From positions 96,001 through 160,000 of the forward strand of contig OX638351.1 of the NCBI GenBank assembly GCA_951813565.1: a DNA stretch of 64,000 nt. The letters run 5' to 3'. The DNA is from an uncultured Poribacteria bacterium. GTDB lineage: Bacteria; Poribacteria; WGA-4E; WGA-3G. Numbering within the stretch: the first letter of the stretch is position 1; each line of letters opens with the position of its first letter. The notes beneath the pieces were generated by a model. It was not told the origin of the DNA. It ran no database searches and saw only the letters and a program-made list of their open reading frames with translations. Below are positions 20,999-32,591 of the stretch, piece after piece. The translations under genes were made by a program, and so were the position numbers.

Positions 20999-21400
20999 TT
21001 ACCAAACATAGCAAAGAACTTCACCACCAACTTTAGCGCGCCGGCACTCAACTGAGGTTTTGACCCCATGCGATGTTGACAGAATAGCAATCCCCAAGTC
21101 GCCAAAAACCCGAGGCAACTTGTCTGACTTTCTATAAACGCGCCTTCCGGGTTTACTGATTCGTTTCAGATTAGTAATAGCTTTTTCTTTATTGTTTGCA
21201 CCGTATTTCAGGTAGATGCGTATAATCCCTTGTTTCCCGTCCTCAATCAAACGGTAATTTCGGATAAAACCTTCTTCAGATAAAATACGGGCGATTTCCA
21301 ATTTAACCTTGGACGCTGATATCTCAACGCGCTCATGCCCAGCCATATTAGCATTACGTATCCGCGTCAACATATCCGCGATCGGGTCAGTCATTGACAT
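20999..21400 (-). CDS. rpsH: 30S ribosomal protein S8
   Basis: [16 protein letters not shown]...GGEVLCYVW. Confidence 0.97.
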   Translation of the reverse strand: MSMTDPIADMLTRIRNANMAGHERVEISASKVKLEIARILSEEGFIRNYRLIEDGKQGIIRIYLKYGANNKEKAITNLKRISKPGRRVYRKSDKLPRVFGDLGIAILSTSHGVKTSVECRRAKVGGEVLCYVW

Positions 21401-21414
21401 CAAAAATCTCCTTC

Positions 21415-21600
21415 TTACCAACTCGCCTTTCTCACGCCAGGGATTTTTCCCGCTCGCGCGAACAAGCGAAAGCAGATACGACATAATTCAAACTTACGCA
21501 GATACCCACGCGCCCGTCCACAACTTTTACAACGGCTATATTTCCGCGTCCGAAAACGAGGGGTTTTTTGATTTCTGGCAATCCATGATTTACTTGCCAA
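21415..21600 (-). CDS. rpsN: 30S ribosomal protein S14, Zn-binding type Z
   Basis: CKSCGR...CRICFR...GVRKASW. Confidence 0.97.
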   Translation of the reverse strand: MASKSWIARNQKTPRFRTRKYSRCKSCGRARGYLRKFELCRICFRLFARAGKIPGVRKASW

Positions 21601-21646
21601 CTTATAGTACTCCTTTAATCGTAACTTTCAGAGAATATACCGCGTG

Positions 21647-22210
21647 TTACTCACGAAAAGGCATGCCCAATTCACGTAACAACGCGCGTGCTTCTTCATC
21701 GGTTGAAGCGGTTGTCACAACCGTCACATTCATACCACGGATATCGTTCACGTTGTCATAGTCGATTTCTGGAAAGATGAGTTGCTCTGTTAAACCCAAC
21801 GAGTAATTCCCACGTCCATCAAAAGCATCAGGGGAAACACCGCGAAAATCGCGTATTTGAGGTAACACAACGTTAATTAAGCGGTTCAGAAATTCATACA
21901 TCCGATTCTGTCGAAGTGTGACCTTACACCCGATTGCATCACCAGGGGTACGCGACATTCTCGACGGGCCTCTGATTTTAAAGGCAGATATGGATTTCCT
22001 TGCACGTGTGATAATTGCACGTTGACCGGCAATAAGCGTCAACTCTTCAACTGCGTCTTCCAGCGCCTTTGGGTTTTCTTTTGCTACACCGACCCCGATA
22101 TTTAACGTAATTTTTTCTAATTTCGGAATCTGCATTACATTCTTGTAAGTAAACTCCTTCTGTAATGCCGGAGCAACTTCTGTTTGATAAAATGCTTTAA
22201 ATTGACTCAT
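21647..22210 (-). CDS. rplE: 50S ribosomal protein L5
   Basis: [18 protein letters not shown]. Confidence 0.98.
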   Translation of the reverse strand: MSQFKAFYQTEVAPALQKEFTYKNVMQIPKLEKITLNIGVGVAKENPKALEDAVEELTLIAGQRAIITRARKSISAFKIRGPSRMSRTPGDAIGCKVTLRQNRMYEFLNRLINVVLPQIRDFRGVSPDAFDGRGNYSLGLTEQLIFPEIDYDNVNDIRGMNVTVVTTASTDEEARALLRELGMPFRE

Positions 22211-22300
22211 TAAACTCGTATCCTATAGCGTGACGATGTATTTTTAAGTTATACAAAGACCTTAAAATAAGTTGTTAATTTGATATTTCAGTGGAATTTA

Positions 22301-22531
22301 TCATTCAACTTTTTTCAAGTTAGAGATATGGATGGTGCCCTCACGTTCCACAACGCCGCCTTGGCCAGTTTGATTAGGCCGCAAATGACATTTCACAAAA
22401 TGAATGCCTTCTACAATAGCTCTATTTTTCTTTGTAATTACCTCCAACACAACGCCTTGCTTTCCTCGGTCTTGACCACTCAAGACCAACACTAAATCAT
22501 CTTTTTTGATATGCAGCTTTTTCTTAGACAT
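22301..22531 (-). CDS. rplX: 50S ribosomal protein L24 (short, 76 aa)
   Basis: KOW motif IKKDDLVLVLSGQDRGKQG; IHISN. Confidence 0.93.
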   Translation of the reverse strand: MSKKKLHIKKDDLVLVLSGQDRGKQGVVLEVITKKNRAIVEGIHFVKCHLRPNQTGQGGVVEREGTIHISNLKKVE

Positions 22532-22542
22532 AATACGACCTC

Positions 22543-22911
22543 CTAAATCACTTCAGGGGCTAAAGAGACAATTCTTGTAAACTCTTTTTCGCGGAGTTCA
22601 CGAGCAACCGGGCCGAAAATACGTGTTCCTCGTGGTTCATTTTCCGGTGTAACAAGAACTGCTGCATTCTGATCAAATTTGATATAAGAACCGTCTGGAC
22701 GACGATATTCTTTGGCAGTGCGGACAACAACAGCACGAACCACTTCGCCAGCTTTAACTTGTGTATTCGGTGTTGCCTCTTTAATACTCGCCACAATTAT
22801 ATCACCGACTCGTGCATAACGGCGTCGGGTACCCCCAAGCACACTAATGCACATTAGATTTCTGGCACCAGTATTATCGGCGCAGGTTAATCGCGTATAA
22901 TTTTGAACCAT
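22543..22911 (-). CDS. rplN: 50S ribosomal protein L14
   Basis: [18 protein letters not shown]. Confidence 0.98.
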   Translation of the reverse strand: MVQNYTRLTCADNTGARNLMCISVLGGTRRRYARVGDIIVASIKEATPNTQVKAGEVVRAVVVRTAKEYRRPDGSYIKFDQNAAVLVTPENEPRGTRIFGPVARELREKEFTRIVSLAPEVI

Positions 22912-22930
22912 TGCCGTACCTTCCTTCCAA

Positions 22931-23227
22931 TTAATCAGTGGCAGACTGTGCCGCTGATATTATAGATTGCACCCGCCATCGTTTGCGTCGACTAAGTGGG
23001 CGGCTTTCAATCACCTTTACAACATCACCTACTTTACAATTATTCTGTTCGTCGTGCGCCAGAATCTTTTTTGTTGCACGCACAACTTTTTTGTAAAGCG
23101 GATGTTGATAACTCCGAACTATCGCCACGTTTACAGTTTTTTCCATGCGATTGCTCACAACCGTGCCGGTTCGGATTTTTCGGTGTCTTCGTTTATCCAC
23201 GTTCAATTTATCCTTTTTCAGGGACAT
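22931..23227 (-). CDS. rpsQ: 30S ribosomal protein S17
   Basis: [17 protein letters not shown]. Confidence 0.97.
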   Translation of the reverse strand: MSLKKDKLNVDKRRHRKIRTGTVVSNRMEKTVNVAIVRSYQHPLYKKVVRATKKILAHDEQNNCKVGDVVKVIESRPLSRRKRWRVQSIISAAQSATD

Positions 23228-23326
23228 TCAGTTAGAGGTGTTTGTCTTCAAATACTTTTCTGATTCTACACGAATGTATATTGTAAGCGTTGAAACAATA
23301 CCAACTAATTGTCCTATCTCAATCTT

Positions 23327-23527
23327 TTAATTCTCGGTTTCTAACTCTCGAGCACGCAGAACGGTTTTTACACGCGCGATGTCTTTCCGAATTTTTCCGG
23401 GAAAACTTGTGTCTTCCAACTGTCCAAGGATGCTCCTAGCTCTTTGGTTAAAAAGATTCTCTTTAAGAGATTCTAATTCATTTTCCAATTCTTCAGTAGA
23501 CCTGGTTCGTAACTCATGCGCCTTCAT
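23327..23527 (-). CDS. rpmC: 50S ribosomal protein L29
   Basis: MKAHELR...RKDIARVKT. Confidence 0.95.
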   Translation of the reverse strand: MKAHELRTRSTEELENELESLKENLFNQRARSILGQLEDTSFPGKIRKDIARVKTVLRARELETEN

Positions 23528-23530
23528 ATA

Positions 23531-23944
23531 CTATACCTCATTCCGCGCGACAAATTTCGTTTTAATAGGAAATTTGTGAGCAGCACGTTCCATTGCCTCT
23601 TTGGCAACTTCACGTGAAACCCCACTTAATTCATATATGATCCGCCCAGGTTTAACAACAGCAACCCAAAATTCTGGAGCACCTTTTCCGCCTCCCATCC
23701 GCGTTTCAGCAGGTTTTTTACTAACAGGTTTATGAGGAAATATCTTAATCCATATTTTCCCTCCGCGACGTACGTGTCGTGTAATGGCAACCCGCCCAGA
23801 CTCAATCTGGTTGCTTGTTATCCAACCGGCTTCCATCGCTTGTAACCCGTATTCGCCGAAGCTGATCTGTGAACCGCTGCGCGGTTTTCCCCGACGTTTT
23901 CCGCGGTGCACTTTCCGGTGCATCACCCGTTTCGGCATCAACAT
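23531..23944 (-). CDS. rplP: 50S ribosomal protein L16
   Basis: MLMPKR start with [18 protein letters not shown]. Confidence 0.97.
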   Translation of the reverse strand: MLMPKRVMHRKVHRGKRRGKPRSGSQISFGEYGLQAMEAGWITSNQIESGRVAITRHVRRGGKIWIKIFPHKPVSKKPAETRMGGGKGAPEFWVAVVKPGRIIYELSGVSREVAKEAMERAAHKFPIKTKFVARNEV

Positions 23945-23993
23945 TTGAATTACTCCTTCAATCAATTTTATAATACACAAGCACTGAAAAAGG

Positions 23994-24791
23994 TTAGTTC
24001 CTTTCTTGCTCGTTGTTTCGTCTTGGCTGTCTTCGTCTATTTCGTTGCCTGCTGGTTGAATTTCGGTTGCTTCGTTGCCGATTTTCAGCACGGGAGTCTC
24101 CCGTATTGCCTCGTCTACCACTCTGTTGGCGACGGGTACTCGATTCTCCACTTAATGCTTCTGGCACACCAAGGATTTCACCTTTGAAAATCCAAGTCTT
24201 GACACCAATTTTCCCATAGGTTGTATTCGCTTCAGTAAACCCGTAGTCAACATTAGCCCTGAGTGTATGCAACGGCACGCGACCTTCAAGACTGGATTCA
24301 GAACGGGCTATCTCTTTACCGTCCAGCCTACCACTAACCATAATTTTTACGCCTTGCGCACCAGCTTGCATTGAGTCCGCAATTTTTCGGCGCATTGCCT
24401 GCTTAAAACTAATACGACGTTCAATTTGTGTTGCCACTGCTTCAGCAAGGAGTTGAGCATCAAGTTCTGGAACTTTTATCTCGGTGACCTCAATTCTGAC
24501 CGGCCGACCAATTAGTTTTTCAAGTTCCACTTTTAATTTTTCTGCCTCAACACCTCGACGGCCAATCACAATACCCGGTCTCGCAGTATGTACATTAATT
24601 GTGCATTTTTCCGCAACACGTTCAACTTCAATTCGCGAAATACCAGCACGTTCCAACTGCTCTTTGATGTATTGCTGAATTTTAAAATCTTCATGCAACC
24701 ATTTCGCATAATCTCTGTCGCTATACCACTTTGAATCCCACGTCTCAATTATTCCTAAGCGTAACCCACGCGGGTGAGTTTTTTGTCCCAC
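23994..24791 (-). CDS. rpsC: 30S ribosomal protein S3 with Arg-rich C-terminal tail
   Basis: [17 protein letters not shown]. Confidence 0.98.
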   Translation of the reverse strand: MGQKTHPRGLRLGIIETWDSKWYSDRDYAKWLHEDFKIQQYIKEQLERAGISRIEVERVAEKCTINVHTARPGIVIGRRGVEAEKLKVELEKLIGRPVRIEVTEIKVPELDAQLLAEAVATQIERRISFKQAMRRKIADSMQAGAQGVKIMVSGRLDGKEIARSESSLEGRVPLHTLRANVDYGFTEANTTYGKIGVKTWIFKGEILGVPEALSGESSTRRQQSGRRGNTGDSRAENRQRSNRNSTSRQRNRRRQPRRNNEQERN

Positions 24792-24852
24792 ATAAACCTC
24801 CTATTGGACACTACCCCATATTTGACTTCGGGAGGATATGCTGTGGTATTGA

Positions 24853-25206
24853 TTACTCACCATCATCTTCACTCTCCTCATCCACGACAACAGTGATATG
24901 GCTCTGGCGTTTAAAAATGCGATTTGCCATACCTCGTGCGCGGGGGCGTATCCATTTTCGTGTAATTCCTTCATCAACACGAATCTCTTTGACGTATAAA
25001 TTTGCAATTTCCACTGCGGGGTCTTGGTATTGGACATTCGCTGCAGCGGATTGAATCAGCTTGTAAATTACTGGAGCTGCCGCTTTATGTGTAAAGAGCA
25101 GTTGATTCAACGCATCGTCAACATACTGATTCCTAACCAAGTCGGCAACAAGTCGTGCTTTTCGCGGTGCTACCGAAACGTTCCGAATCTTTGCCCTTCC
25201 TTCCAT
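24853..25206 (-). CDS. rplV: 50S ribosomal protein L22
   Basis: PRKARLVADLVR; SHITVVV. Confidence 0.97.
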   Translation of the reverse strand: MEGRAKIRNVSVAPRKARLVADLVRNQYVDDALNQLLFTHKAAAPVIYKLIQSAAANVQYQDPAVEIANLYVKEIRVDEGITRKWIRPRARGMANRIFKRQSHITVVVDEESEDDGE

Positions 25207-25300
25207 TAGTTTCTCCTAACAAAACTTTAAGCACAATTCGTGTGCAATGTCTTGCTTTATATTACTTGATAACAACTTATCAAACAGTAAGTGGATTTTA

Positions 25301-25456
25301 TAGTAAAACCTATAATTAATGGGACACTTCTGTAGCGCAAACTTTTAGTTTGCGTCTCATAAGGCACAAACTAAAAGTTTGTGCTATAACTTCTATTGTC
25401 CATTATCTTTCCAAGACAAGTTTATCAAAGTGTCCCAATAATTTCAAAGTTCACTA
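25301..25456. mobile_element. IS630/Tc1-like MITE with internal REP-like inverted pair, inside the S10 operon
   Basis: TIR TAGTAAAACCTATAATTAATGGGACAC vs TAGTGAACTTTGAAATTATTGGGACAC (reverse complement); TA on both flanks. Confidence 0.7.
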
Positions 25457-25501
25457 TAATATAAAAAACACTTAATTCTGATATAAACAACAATATGAAA
25501 A

Positions 25502-25774
25502 TTATCTTCTTGTTGAACCACCTGCGTGAGAACGGAAAGTCCGAGTCGGAGCAAATTCTCCGAGTTTGTGCCCAACCATATTTTCTGTGATATAAACCGG
25601 AAAAAACTTTTTCCCGTTATGAATCGCGACGGTATGCCCTACAAATTCCGGTGTGATAGTAGAACTGCGAGCCCACGTGCGAATCACACGTTTGCTACCA
25701 GATTGTTCCATCTCTGCTATATGCTTTGCAAGTTTAGCGTCAACGTAAGGTCCTTTTTTAATAGAACGCGGCAT
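25502..25774 (-). CDS. rpsS: 30S ribosomal protein S19
   Basis: [20 protein letters not shown]. Confidence 0.98.
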   Translation of the reverse strand: MPRSIKKGPYVDAKLAKHIAEMEQSGSKRVIRTWARSSTITPEFVGHTVAIHNGKKFFPVYITENMVGHKLGEFAPTRTFRSHAGGSTRR

Positions 25775-25786
25775 TAAATCTCTCCT

Positions 25787-26602
25787 TTATTTACGCCTTC
25801 CCATAATATAGCGACCAGATTTCTTTTTCGGGTTTCGCGTCTTATACCCTTTCGTGGGCACACCCCAAGGTGTAACTGGATGTCTTCCACCTGAACTTTT
25901 ACCTTCACCACCACCATGCGGATGATCGACCGGATTCATTGCGACACCTCGAACCTTTGGGCGTTTTCCTAACCATCTTGAACGACCCGCCTTACCGATA
26001 ACGATGGTAGAAACATTTCCAACCTGTCCGATAGTTGCCATCACATTTACAAGAACAAGTCTCACTTCACCGGAAGGCAAACGGATTCGGGCATATTTAC
26101 CTTCACGATCAACTAATTGCGCCGCTCCACCAGCACTACGAACGAGTTGACCACCTTTACCGGGCTGCATCTCTATATTATGTATGGAAGAACCCAAAGG
26201 TATTTTTTCAAGGGGTAAAGCATTTCCGACTTTGATTTCTGCGTCCGGACCAGATGTAACACTATCACCAACCCGAAGACCAACAGGTGCCAGGATATAC
26301 CGCTTTTCGCCGTCTGCATAATGGAGCAACGCGATATGAGCAGAACGGTTTGGGTCATATTCAATTGCGGCAACCTTTGCTGGAATACCAAATTTATCTC
26401 GTTTGAAATCAATCACACGATATCGGCGTTTGTGTCCACCACCTCGCCGCCGCACCGTCATACGCCCAGTATTATTACGACCGGCTTTCCTCTTAGCACC
26501 TTTGACAAGTGATTTCTCGGGCTTCTGGCGGGTAATTTCTTCAAATGTATACCCAGTCATAAACCGCCGACTCGGCGTGAAGGGCTTATATGTTTTTGCC
26601 AC
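25787..26602 (-). CDS. rplB: 50S ribosomal protein L2
   Basis: [17 protein letters not shown]; start likely GTG 26602 (alternative 26608). Confidence 0.98.
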   Translation of the reverse strand: MAKTYKPFTPSRRFMTGYTFEEITRQKPEKSLVKGAKRKAGRNNTGRMTVRRRGGGHKRRYRVIDFKRDKFGIPAKVAAIEYDPNRSAHIALLHYADGEKRYILAPVGLRVGDSVTSGPDAEIKVGNALPLEKIPLGSSIHNIEMQPGKGGQLVRSAGGAAQLVDREGKYARIRLPSGEVRLVLVNVMATIGQVGNVSTIVIGKAGRSRWLGKRPKVRGVAMNPVDHPHGGGEGKSSGGRHPVTPWGVPTKGYKTRNPKKKSGRYIMGRRK

Positions 26603-26682
26603 TCTCAATTCCTCTCGTTAAAACATTCTTTTATGAGACTCGGCGATCGACACACGGCACCATAAATGAACGAAAACTAAGT

Positions 26683-26982
26683 TTAGATACTCTCAAATAT
26701 TGGGATCCGAGTTCCTTCTTCTACCGTAATAATTGCTTTTTTCCAATGGGGACGCCGTCCGCGTTGGTAACGGTTCATTCTCCCCTTGATTTTGCCTTGT
26801 ACTTGCATCGTATGAACGTCAATAATGCTCCCTTGAATGTCAAATAATTCCTCAGCGGCACGGCGAATATCCGTTTTCGTTGCATTTCGACTGACAACAA
26901 ACGAGTACTTATTATCCTCGCGAAGGAGCGTGCTTTTTTCTGTAATATGAGGCTTCAAAATAATTTGATACTTATCTTTCAT
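26683..26982 (-). CDS. rplW: 50S ribosomal protein L23
   Basis: PHITEKS; WKKAIIT. Confidence 0.96.
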   Translation of the reverse strand: MKDKYQIILKPHITEKSTLLREDNKYSFVVSRNATKTDIRRAAEELFDIQGSIIDVHTMQVQGKIKGRMNRYQRGRRPHWKKAIITVEEGTRIPIFESI

Positions 26983-26986
26983 AAGA

Positions 26987-27622
26987 TTAACCTTCGGAGC
27001 TTACGAATTTCGCTTCCAATTTTTCTGCGGCACGTTCAGTGATGACGAGTTTGTCATGCCACAGCACTTGGTATATATTGAGCATATCCCAAGTACAACT
27101 GTTCACTTTTGGGATATTCCGTAGGGAAAGATAGATATTCGGATCGTGTTCGTCAAGAACGAACAAGACCTTTCCCTCCAAGTTCAATGCGTCTAAGAGT
27201 GCCACAATCTCTTTTGTTTGAGGGCGTTCAAGTGTGAAATCTTCAATCAGAACACACTGTTCATTTTGAAACTGATCGGCGAGAGCACTTTTTAAACCGA
27301 GATGACGGACCTGTTTAGGGGTACGCTGACGATAACTGCGAGGTTTCGGACCGAATGCAACACCACCGTGTACCCGAATGGGAGACCCCGCATCGCCTAC
27401 ACGCGCTCTACCGGTACCTTTTTGGCGATATAATTTCCTACCGCTTCCGGTAACTTCGCTACGACTTTTCGTTGAAGCCGTGCCGCTCCTTTGGTTAGCA
27501 AGGTAAGCTACCACACATTGATGAACGACAGCTGTATTTACCTCAGCGTGCGTAAACGAGTCAGCAAGGTTTTTCTCGCGAAGCACTTCTCCTGAACGAT
27601 TGTGTACGTTTAAAGTTGCCAT
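26987..27622 (-). CDS. rplD: 50S ribosomal protein L4
   Basis: RQKGTGRAR; GGVAFGPKPR. Confidence 0.98.
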   Translation of the reverse strand: MATLNVHNRSGEVLREKNLADSFTHAEVNTAVVHQCVVAYLANQRSGTASTKSRSEVTGSGRKLYRQKGTGRARVGDAGSPIRVHGGVAFGPKPRSYRQRTPKQVRHLGLKSALADQFQNEQCVLIEDFTLERPQTKEIVALLDALNLEGKVLFVLDEHDPNIYLSLRNIPKVNSCTWDMLNIYQVLWHDKLVITERAAEKLEAKFVSSEG

Positions 27623-27720
27623 ATCTTTTGTATATTTCTCCGATGTGCTGAACTTGGCATGAATTACCCCTGCTCTTCTCTGGAAGTCGCTGGGGTTGGA
27701 GTGAATAATTATTTGCCAAG

Positions 27721-28377
27721 TTAACTTTCAGTACTGTCTGTTCCAGAAGCCTTAACAGCTTTCCTAATTAAAAGGAATCCATTTGGTGGTCCTGGGATCG
27801 CTCCTTTAACAACCAACAAATTTCGCTCAGCGTCGGCTTGGATAACCTCCAAATTTTGGACGGTGTGCCGTTTAGCACCGTAGCGCCCAGGCATTTTCTT
27901 TCCTTTAAAAACACGAGAAGGAGTAGCACTTGCACCGATAGACCCTGGACGACGCAGGTCTTGCTCACCGCCGTGGCTTTTTCTACCACCCTTAAATCCC
28001 CAACGCTTAACAACCCCGGTGAACCCGTGTCCTTTTGAAGTGCCGGTTACATCTACAAGTTCACCTTCTAAAAATAAACTTGCATCAACAGTGTCACCAA
28101 TTGCCACACCATCAAGACTTTCTACCCGAAATTCCCGAAGCACTTGTGTGGGGGGCACCTCCGCTTTAGCGAAGTGTCCACGAACAGGGCTGTTAAACTT
28201 GTTTTCTTTCCGTTTTCCAAACCCTAACTGAACTGCTTGGTAACCATCACGTTCTTGCGTTTTCACTTGAACAATCGGACAGGGACCAGCTTCAATCACA
28301 GTGACTGGAATAGATTTACCAGAATCTTCAAAGACTTGAGTCATCCCAACTTTTCTGCCGATAATTCCGTTAACCAT
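27721..28377 (-). CDS. rplC: 50S ribosomal protein L3
   Basis: GRKVGMTQ; SKGHGFTG. Confidence 0.98.
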   Translation of the reverse strand: MVNGIIGRKVGMTQVFEDSGKSIPVTVIEAGPCPIVQVKTQERDGYQAVQLGFGKRKENKFNSPVRGHFAKAEVPPTQVLREFRVESLDGVAIGDTVDASLFLEGELVDVTGTSKGHGFTGVVKRWGFKGGRKSHGGEQDLRRPGSIGASATPSRVFKGKKMPGRYGAKRHTVQNLEVIQADAERNLLVVKGAIPGPPNGFLLIRKAVKASGTDSTES

Positions 28378-28389
28378 TCCTTACCTCCC

Positions 28390-28701
28390 TTAGAGTAATG
28401 TGATTTTGACATCAACCCCAGCGGGGAGATCAAGCCGCATCAGCGCGTCAACTGTCTTTGGGGCGGTTTCCAAAATATCCAATAACCGTTTGTGAATCCG
28501 CATCTCAAACTGTTCCCGAGATTTTTTGTCCTTAAACGTCGAACGTTGAACAGTATAGATGTGCTTCTTTGTCGGCAACGGGATCGGACCGGAAACTCTC
28601 GCTTGAGTTTGTTTAGCGGTTACTGCAATTTGTTTCGCAGATTGATCAAGTAAACGGTGATCAAACGCTTTGAGCCGAATGCGAATTTTTTGATTGTCCA
28701 T
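28390..28701 (-). CDS. rpsJ: 30S ribosomal protein S10
   Basis: [17 protein letters not shown]. Confidence 0.98.
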   Translation of the reverse strand: MDNQKIRIRLKAFDHRLLDQSAKQIAVTAKQTQARVSGPIPLPTKKHIYTVQRSTFKDKKSREQFEMRIHKRLLDILETAPKTVDALMRLDLPAGVDVKITLL

Positions 28702-28882
28702 CTATTAACTCCTTCTTTGTAAGTAACGATGTGTATCTTCTTAGCTTATACTTAGTAAGTATCTTGTCAAAACTATCTTAACTAATCAACCGTTGTTTTG
28801 TTAGCCAGAACATCCCGACAAGATACATAAATACATTGTATGCCAAACTAACTGAGGAACGGAACCTACAAAGACCTGCTCG

Positions 28883-30082
28883 TTACTCAAGGATTTTAGA
28901 GACAACACCCGCTCCGATAGTGTGTCCACCTTCACGGATAGCGAATCGGAGTTGTTCTTCCATAGCAATCGGCTTAGACAGTTCTACAGTAATCTGAGCA
29001 TTGTCTCCTGGCATAATCATTTCAATGCCTTCAGCCAGATTCATTTCACCAGTAACGTCTGTTGTCCGGAAATAGAATTGCGGACGATACCCACTAAAGA
29101 ACGGATTCCAGCGTCCACCTTCCTCTTTTGTTAAAATATAGACTTCTGCTTCAAACTTGGTGTGCGGTGTAACCGTTCCAGGGATTGCCAAGACTTGTCC
29201 ACGTTCAACTTCATCCCGATCAACGCCTCGTAATAACGCCCCCATATTGTCGCCAGCACGGCCTTCGTCCAAGGACTTGCCGAACATTTCAACACCTGTC
29301 ACAACTGTCTCTGTGGTGTCGCGAAGACCAACGATTTCAATAGTATCTCCGATTTCAATGGTACCGCGCTCCACACGACCTGTAACAACAGTGCCACGTC
29401 CACTGATCGTAAAGATATCTTCTATCGGCATCAAGAAAGGTTTTTCTGTATCCCGCACCGGTTCTGGAATGAACTCATCAACAGATGCCATGAGGTCAAG
29501 AATCGGTTTGCATTGTTCACTCATTGGATCACCAGCGGATTCCATGGCTTCAAGAGCGGAACCTGCGATGATGGGTGTATCGTCACCGGGAAATTCATAT
29601 TCGCTTAACAATTCGCGAACTTCCAGATCAACTAACTCAAGCAATTCCTCGTCATCTACCATGTCTGCCTTATTAAGAAAGACAACCAAGGAGGGAACGT
29701 TCACCTGCCTTGCGAGCAACACGTGTTCACGTGTCTGCGGCATGGGACCGTCTGCTGCGGAAACAACCAGAATGGCACCGTCCATTTGGGCAGCACCAGT
29801 AATCATATTTTTGATGTAGTCCGCGTGGCCAGGGCAGTCAACGTGAGCATAGTGCCGGTTTTCTGTCTCGTATTCAACGTGAGCGGTGTTAATTGTAATA
29901 CCACGTTCTTTTTCCTCGGGTGCCTTGTCAATGTCCTCATAGGTCATGACATAGTCTTTGTCAGCGAGTTTTGATAAGACCATAGTAATTGCTGCTGTAA
30001 GCGTTGTTTTACCATGGTCAACGTGGCCAATAGTACCAATATTAACGTGTGGCTTTGTCCTTTCAAAAGCTTGCTTTGCCAT
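28883..30082 (-). CDS. tuf: Elongation factor Tu
   Basis: [18 protein letters not shown]. Confidence 0.99.
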   Translation of the reverse strand: MAKQAFERTKPHVNIGTIGHVDHGKTTLTAAITMVLSKLADKDYVMTYEDIDKAPEEKERGITINTAHVEYETENRHYAHVDCPGHADYIKNMITGAAQMDGAILVVSAADGPMPQTREHVLLARQVNVPSLVVFLNKADMVDDEELLELVDLEVRELLSEYEFPGDDTPIIAGSALEAMESAGDPMSEQCKPILDLMASVDEFIPEPVRDTEKPFLMPIEDIFTISGRGTVVTGRVERGTIEIGDTIEIVGLRDTTETVVTGVEMFGKSLDEGRAGDNMGALLRGVDRDEVERGQVLAIPGTVTPHTKFEAEVYILTKEEGGRWNPFFSGYRPQFYFRTTDVTGEMNLAEGIEMIMPGDNAQITVELSKPIAMEEQLRFAIREGGHTIGAGVVSKILE

Positions 30083-30389
30083 TTCTGTCCAAACTCCAAT
30101 TATAGGTTATATATAAAGGGTTTTAAATATCGCTAAACCCGAGTTGTTTCTATGTTCTCATAGGTGCGTTTAGTAGGCGCACAACGTGTCTCACTGTGTC
30201 CGAATATTTCCGGACTTTCACAAAAGCCTTGCGATTATTATATCGCGTGGCATGTTATTTTTATTTTTTGATGTAATCAATATCAGATGTTCGCTATGTC
30301 AGCAAATATCTTGCTTGAAATCATTCCGTCAAAATTACCTGCGTTCAATATAGTTTCTAAAGTGAACGCACTATAATGCTTTTTCGGTT

Positions 30390-32501
30390 TTATGATGTTG
30401 ATGTCGTGCTTGTGATCAAGTCCTCCGCAACGCTTGCTGGGACCTCTCTATAATGACCAAACTCCATAGAATAGTTCGCACGTCCTTGTGTCAGCGAACG
30501 AAGCGCCTTGACGTAACCAAACATTTCAGATAGCGGTACGTCTACCCGAACTACTTGAATTCGAGATTTTTCATGCACCTCTGTGTCTCTAATATGAGCA
30601 CGCCGAGAATTAAGATCACCAATTACCTTCCCGAGGTACTCATCAGGGACTATAACCTCAACTTCCATGATCGGTTCAAGTAATACCGATCCTGCCTGTT
30701 TTGCAGCTTCCTTGAACGCCATTGAACCAGCAATCGAAAACGCCATCTCTGACGAATCTACTTGATGGTAAGAACCGTCTACAAGACGCACTCCTACATC
30801 AACGACAGGATAACCGGCTAAAGTGCCAACATTCATTGCATTTTTAATGCCTTTTTGAACCGCAGAGATATATTCTTGTGGGATAACCCCACCCTTAGTC
30901 TCATCGCTAAATTCAAAACCAGCACCTTTTTCAAGTGGTGTAACCTCAATAACAACATGACCGAACTGTCCCTTACCACCTGACTGCCGCACAAATCTGC
31001 CTTCGGCTTTTACTGGTTTAAGTAGTGTTTCCCGATAGGCAACTTCAGGCGAACCTACGTTAGCGGAAACATTAAACTCTCTGACTAACCTATCCACAAT
31101 GATTTCAAGATGAAGTTCACCCATGCCGGATAGGAGCGTTTGGCCTGTATCTGGGTCTTGATGAACCTTGAAAGTTGGGTCTTCCTCTGCCAATTTTGAG
31201 AGCGCAAGATTCAACTTATCAATATCTGATTGCGAACGAGGTTCAACCGCCACAGACATAACAGGTAACGGAAACACCATTGTTTCTAAAGCAATTGGTG
31301 CTTTGGGGTCACAAATAGTGTCACCAGTACTTAAATCTTTTAATCCAATCGCAGCAACGATGTCCCCAGCACTAACGGATTGATGTTCTTCCCGTTTGTT
31401 AGCGTGCATCTGCATCAGTCTGCCAACGCGTTCGTATTTTTCACTTTTGCTGTTGTAAACAGTAGCACCTTTGTTTAGAACACCGGAGTAGACACGAAGA
31501 TAGGTCAGTTTTCCAACGTGCGGATCAGTGGTAATTTTAAAAGCAAGCGCACAGAATGGTGTGTCCTTGTCTGCAGGGCGAGTTTCTTCATCCTCAGTTT
31601 TCGGGTTAAACCCAACGACCGGTTTGACATCTGTCGGAGCAGGCAGATAAGAGACAATACCATCCAAAAGCGGTTGAACTCCCTTGTTTTTTAATGCACT
31701 TCCGCAAAGCACTGGGACAACTTTGCTACTCAGGACCGCTTGCCTCAACCCGACTTTAATTTCTTCAGGTGTAATTTCAACACCATCAAGGTATTTCTCC
31801 AACAGTTCATCATCCCATTCTGCAACTGCTGCAAATAACCGATCTCGATATTCATGCACCATTTCTTCCATCTCTGCGGGGATGTCGGTTTCATGAATAA
31901 CAGTGCCCTGACTTCCTTCATCCCACAATTGCCCTTTCATTGAAATGAGGTCAACAATTCCTCTGAATTGCTCAGCGGAACCGATTGGAAGTTGGATAGG
32001 CACCGCAGTTGCACCTAAGCGTTCACCCATCATTTCAACGGTTCGGAAAAAGTCTGCGCCGGTTCTATCCATTTTATTGATGTAAGCAATGCGAGGAATT
32101 TCGTATTTGTCCGCTTGTCGCCATACGGTTTCGGATTGCGGTTCAACGCCGCCAACTGCACAGAACACAGCAACTGCCCCATCAAGAACTCTCAGGGACC
32201 GTTCTACTTCAACCGTAAAATCAATATGCCCTGGCGTATCAATGATATTAATATGGTGGTCTTTCCAGTTACAGGTAGTTGCCGCAGCAGTAATCGTAAT
32301 ACCGCGTTCCTGTTCCTGCACCATCCAATCCATTGTAGTCGTGCCATCGTCAACCTCACCGATACGATATACTCTACCCGTATAAAATAAGACGCGTTCG
32401 GTTACAGTCGTTTTGCCCGCATCAATATGGGCCATGATACCGATGTTTCGCGTATGCGATAGGGTTAACCGACGGGGCACCCTCTGATTTTTGTCCGACA
32501 C
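30390..32501 (-). CDS. fusA: Elongation factor G
   Basis: [18 protein letters not shown]. Confidence 0.99.
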   Translation of the reverse strand: MSDKNQRVPRRLTLSHTRNIGIMAHIDAGKTTVTERVLFYTGRVYRIGEVDDGTTTMDWMVQEQERGITITAAATTCNWKDHHINIIDTPGHIDFTVEVERSLRVLDGAVAVFCAVGGVEPQSETVWRQADKYEIPRIAYINKMDRTGADFFRTVEMMGERLGATAVPIQLPIGSAEQFRGIVDLISMKGQLWDEGSQGTVIHETDIPAEMEEMVHEYRDRLFAAVAEWDDELLEKYLDGVEITPEEIKVGLRQAVLSSKVVPVLCGSALKNKGVQPLLDGIVSYLPAPTDVKPVVGFNPKTEDEETRPADKDTPFCALAFKITTDPHVGKLTYLRVYSGVLNKGATVYNSKSEKYERVGRLMQMHANKREEHQSVSAGDIVAAIGLKDLSTGDTICDPKAPIALETMVFPLPVMSVAVEPRSQSDIDKLNLALSKLAEEDPTFKVHQDPDTGQTLLSGMGELHLEIIVDRLVREFNVSANVGSPEVAYRETLLKPVKAEGRFVRQSGGKGQFGHVVIEVTPLEKGAGFEFSDETKGGVIPQEYISAVQKGIKNAMNVGTLAGYPVVDVGVRLVDGSYHQVDSSEMAFSIAGSMAFKEAAKQAGSVLLEPIMEVEVIVPDEYLGKVIGDLNSRRAHIRDTEVHEKSRIQVVRVDVPLSEMFGYVKALRSLTQGRANYSMEFGHYREVPASVAEDLITSTTSTS

Positions 32502-32591
32502 AGCTTAATGACTCCTTGTTTATTCAATCTCTACGACACCATCTCATCATTCTCTATGTTATTTTAAAATGTTATTTTAAATTTAATTTGC

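Noticed and set aside
21401..21484. Extended S8 N-terminus
   Set aside because: Overlaps rpsN; the canonical start is 21400
23945..24151. N-terminally extended L16 (206 aa) in the ORF track
   Set aside because: The extension overlaps the rpsC tail; the canonical MLMPK start with SD is at 23944
29157..29819. 220-aa antisense ORF in tuf, and similar antisense ORFs elsewhere
   Set aside because: Shadow ORFs of conserved genes with no recognisable motifs
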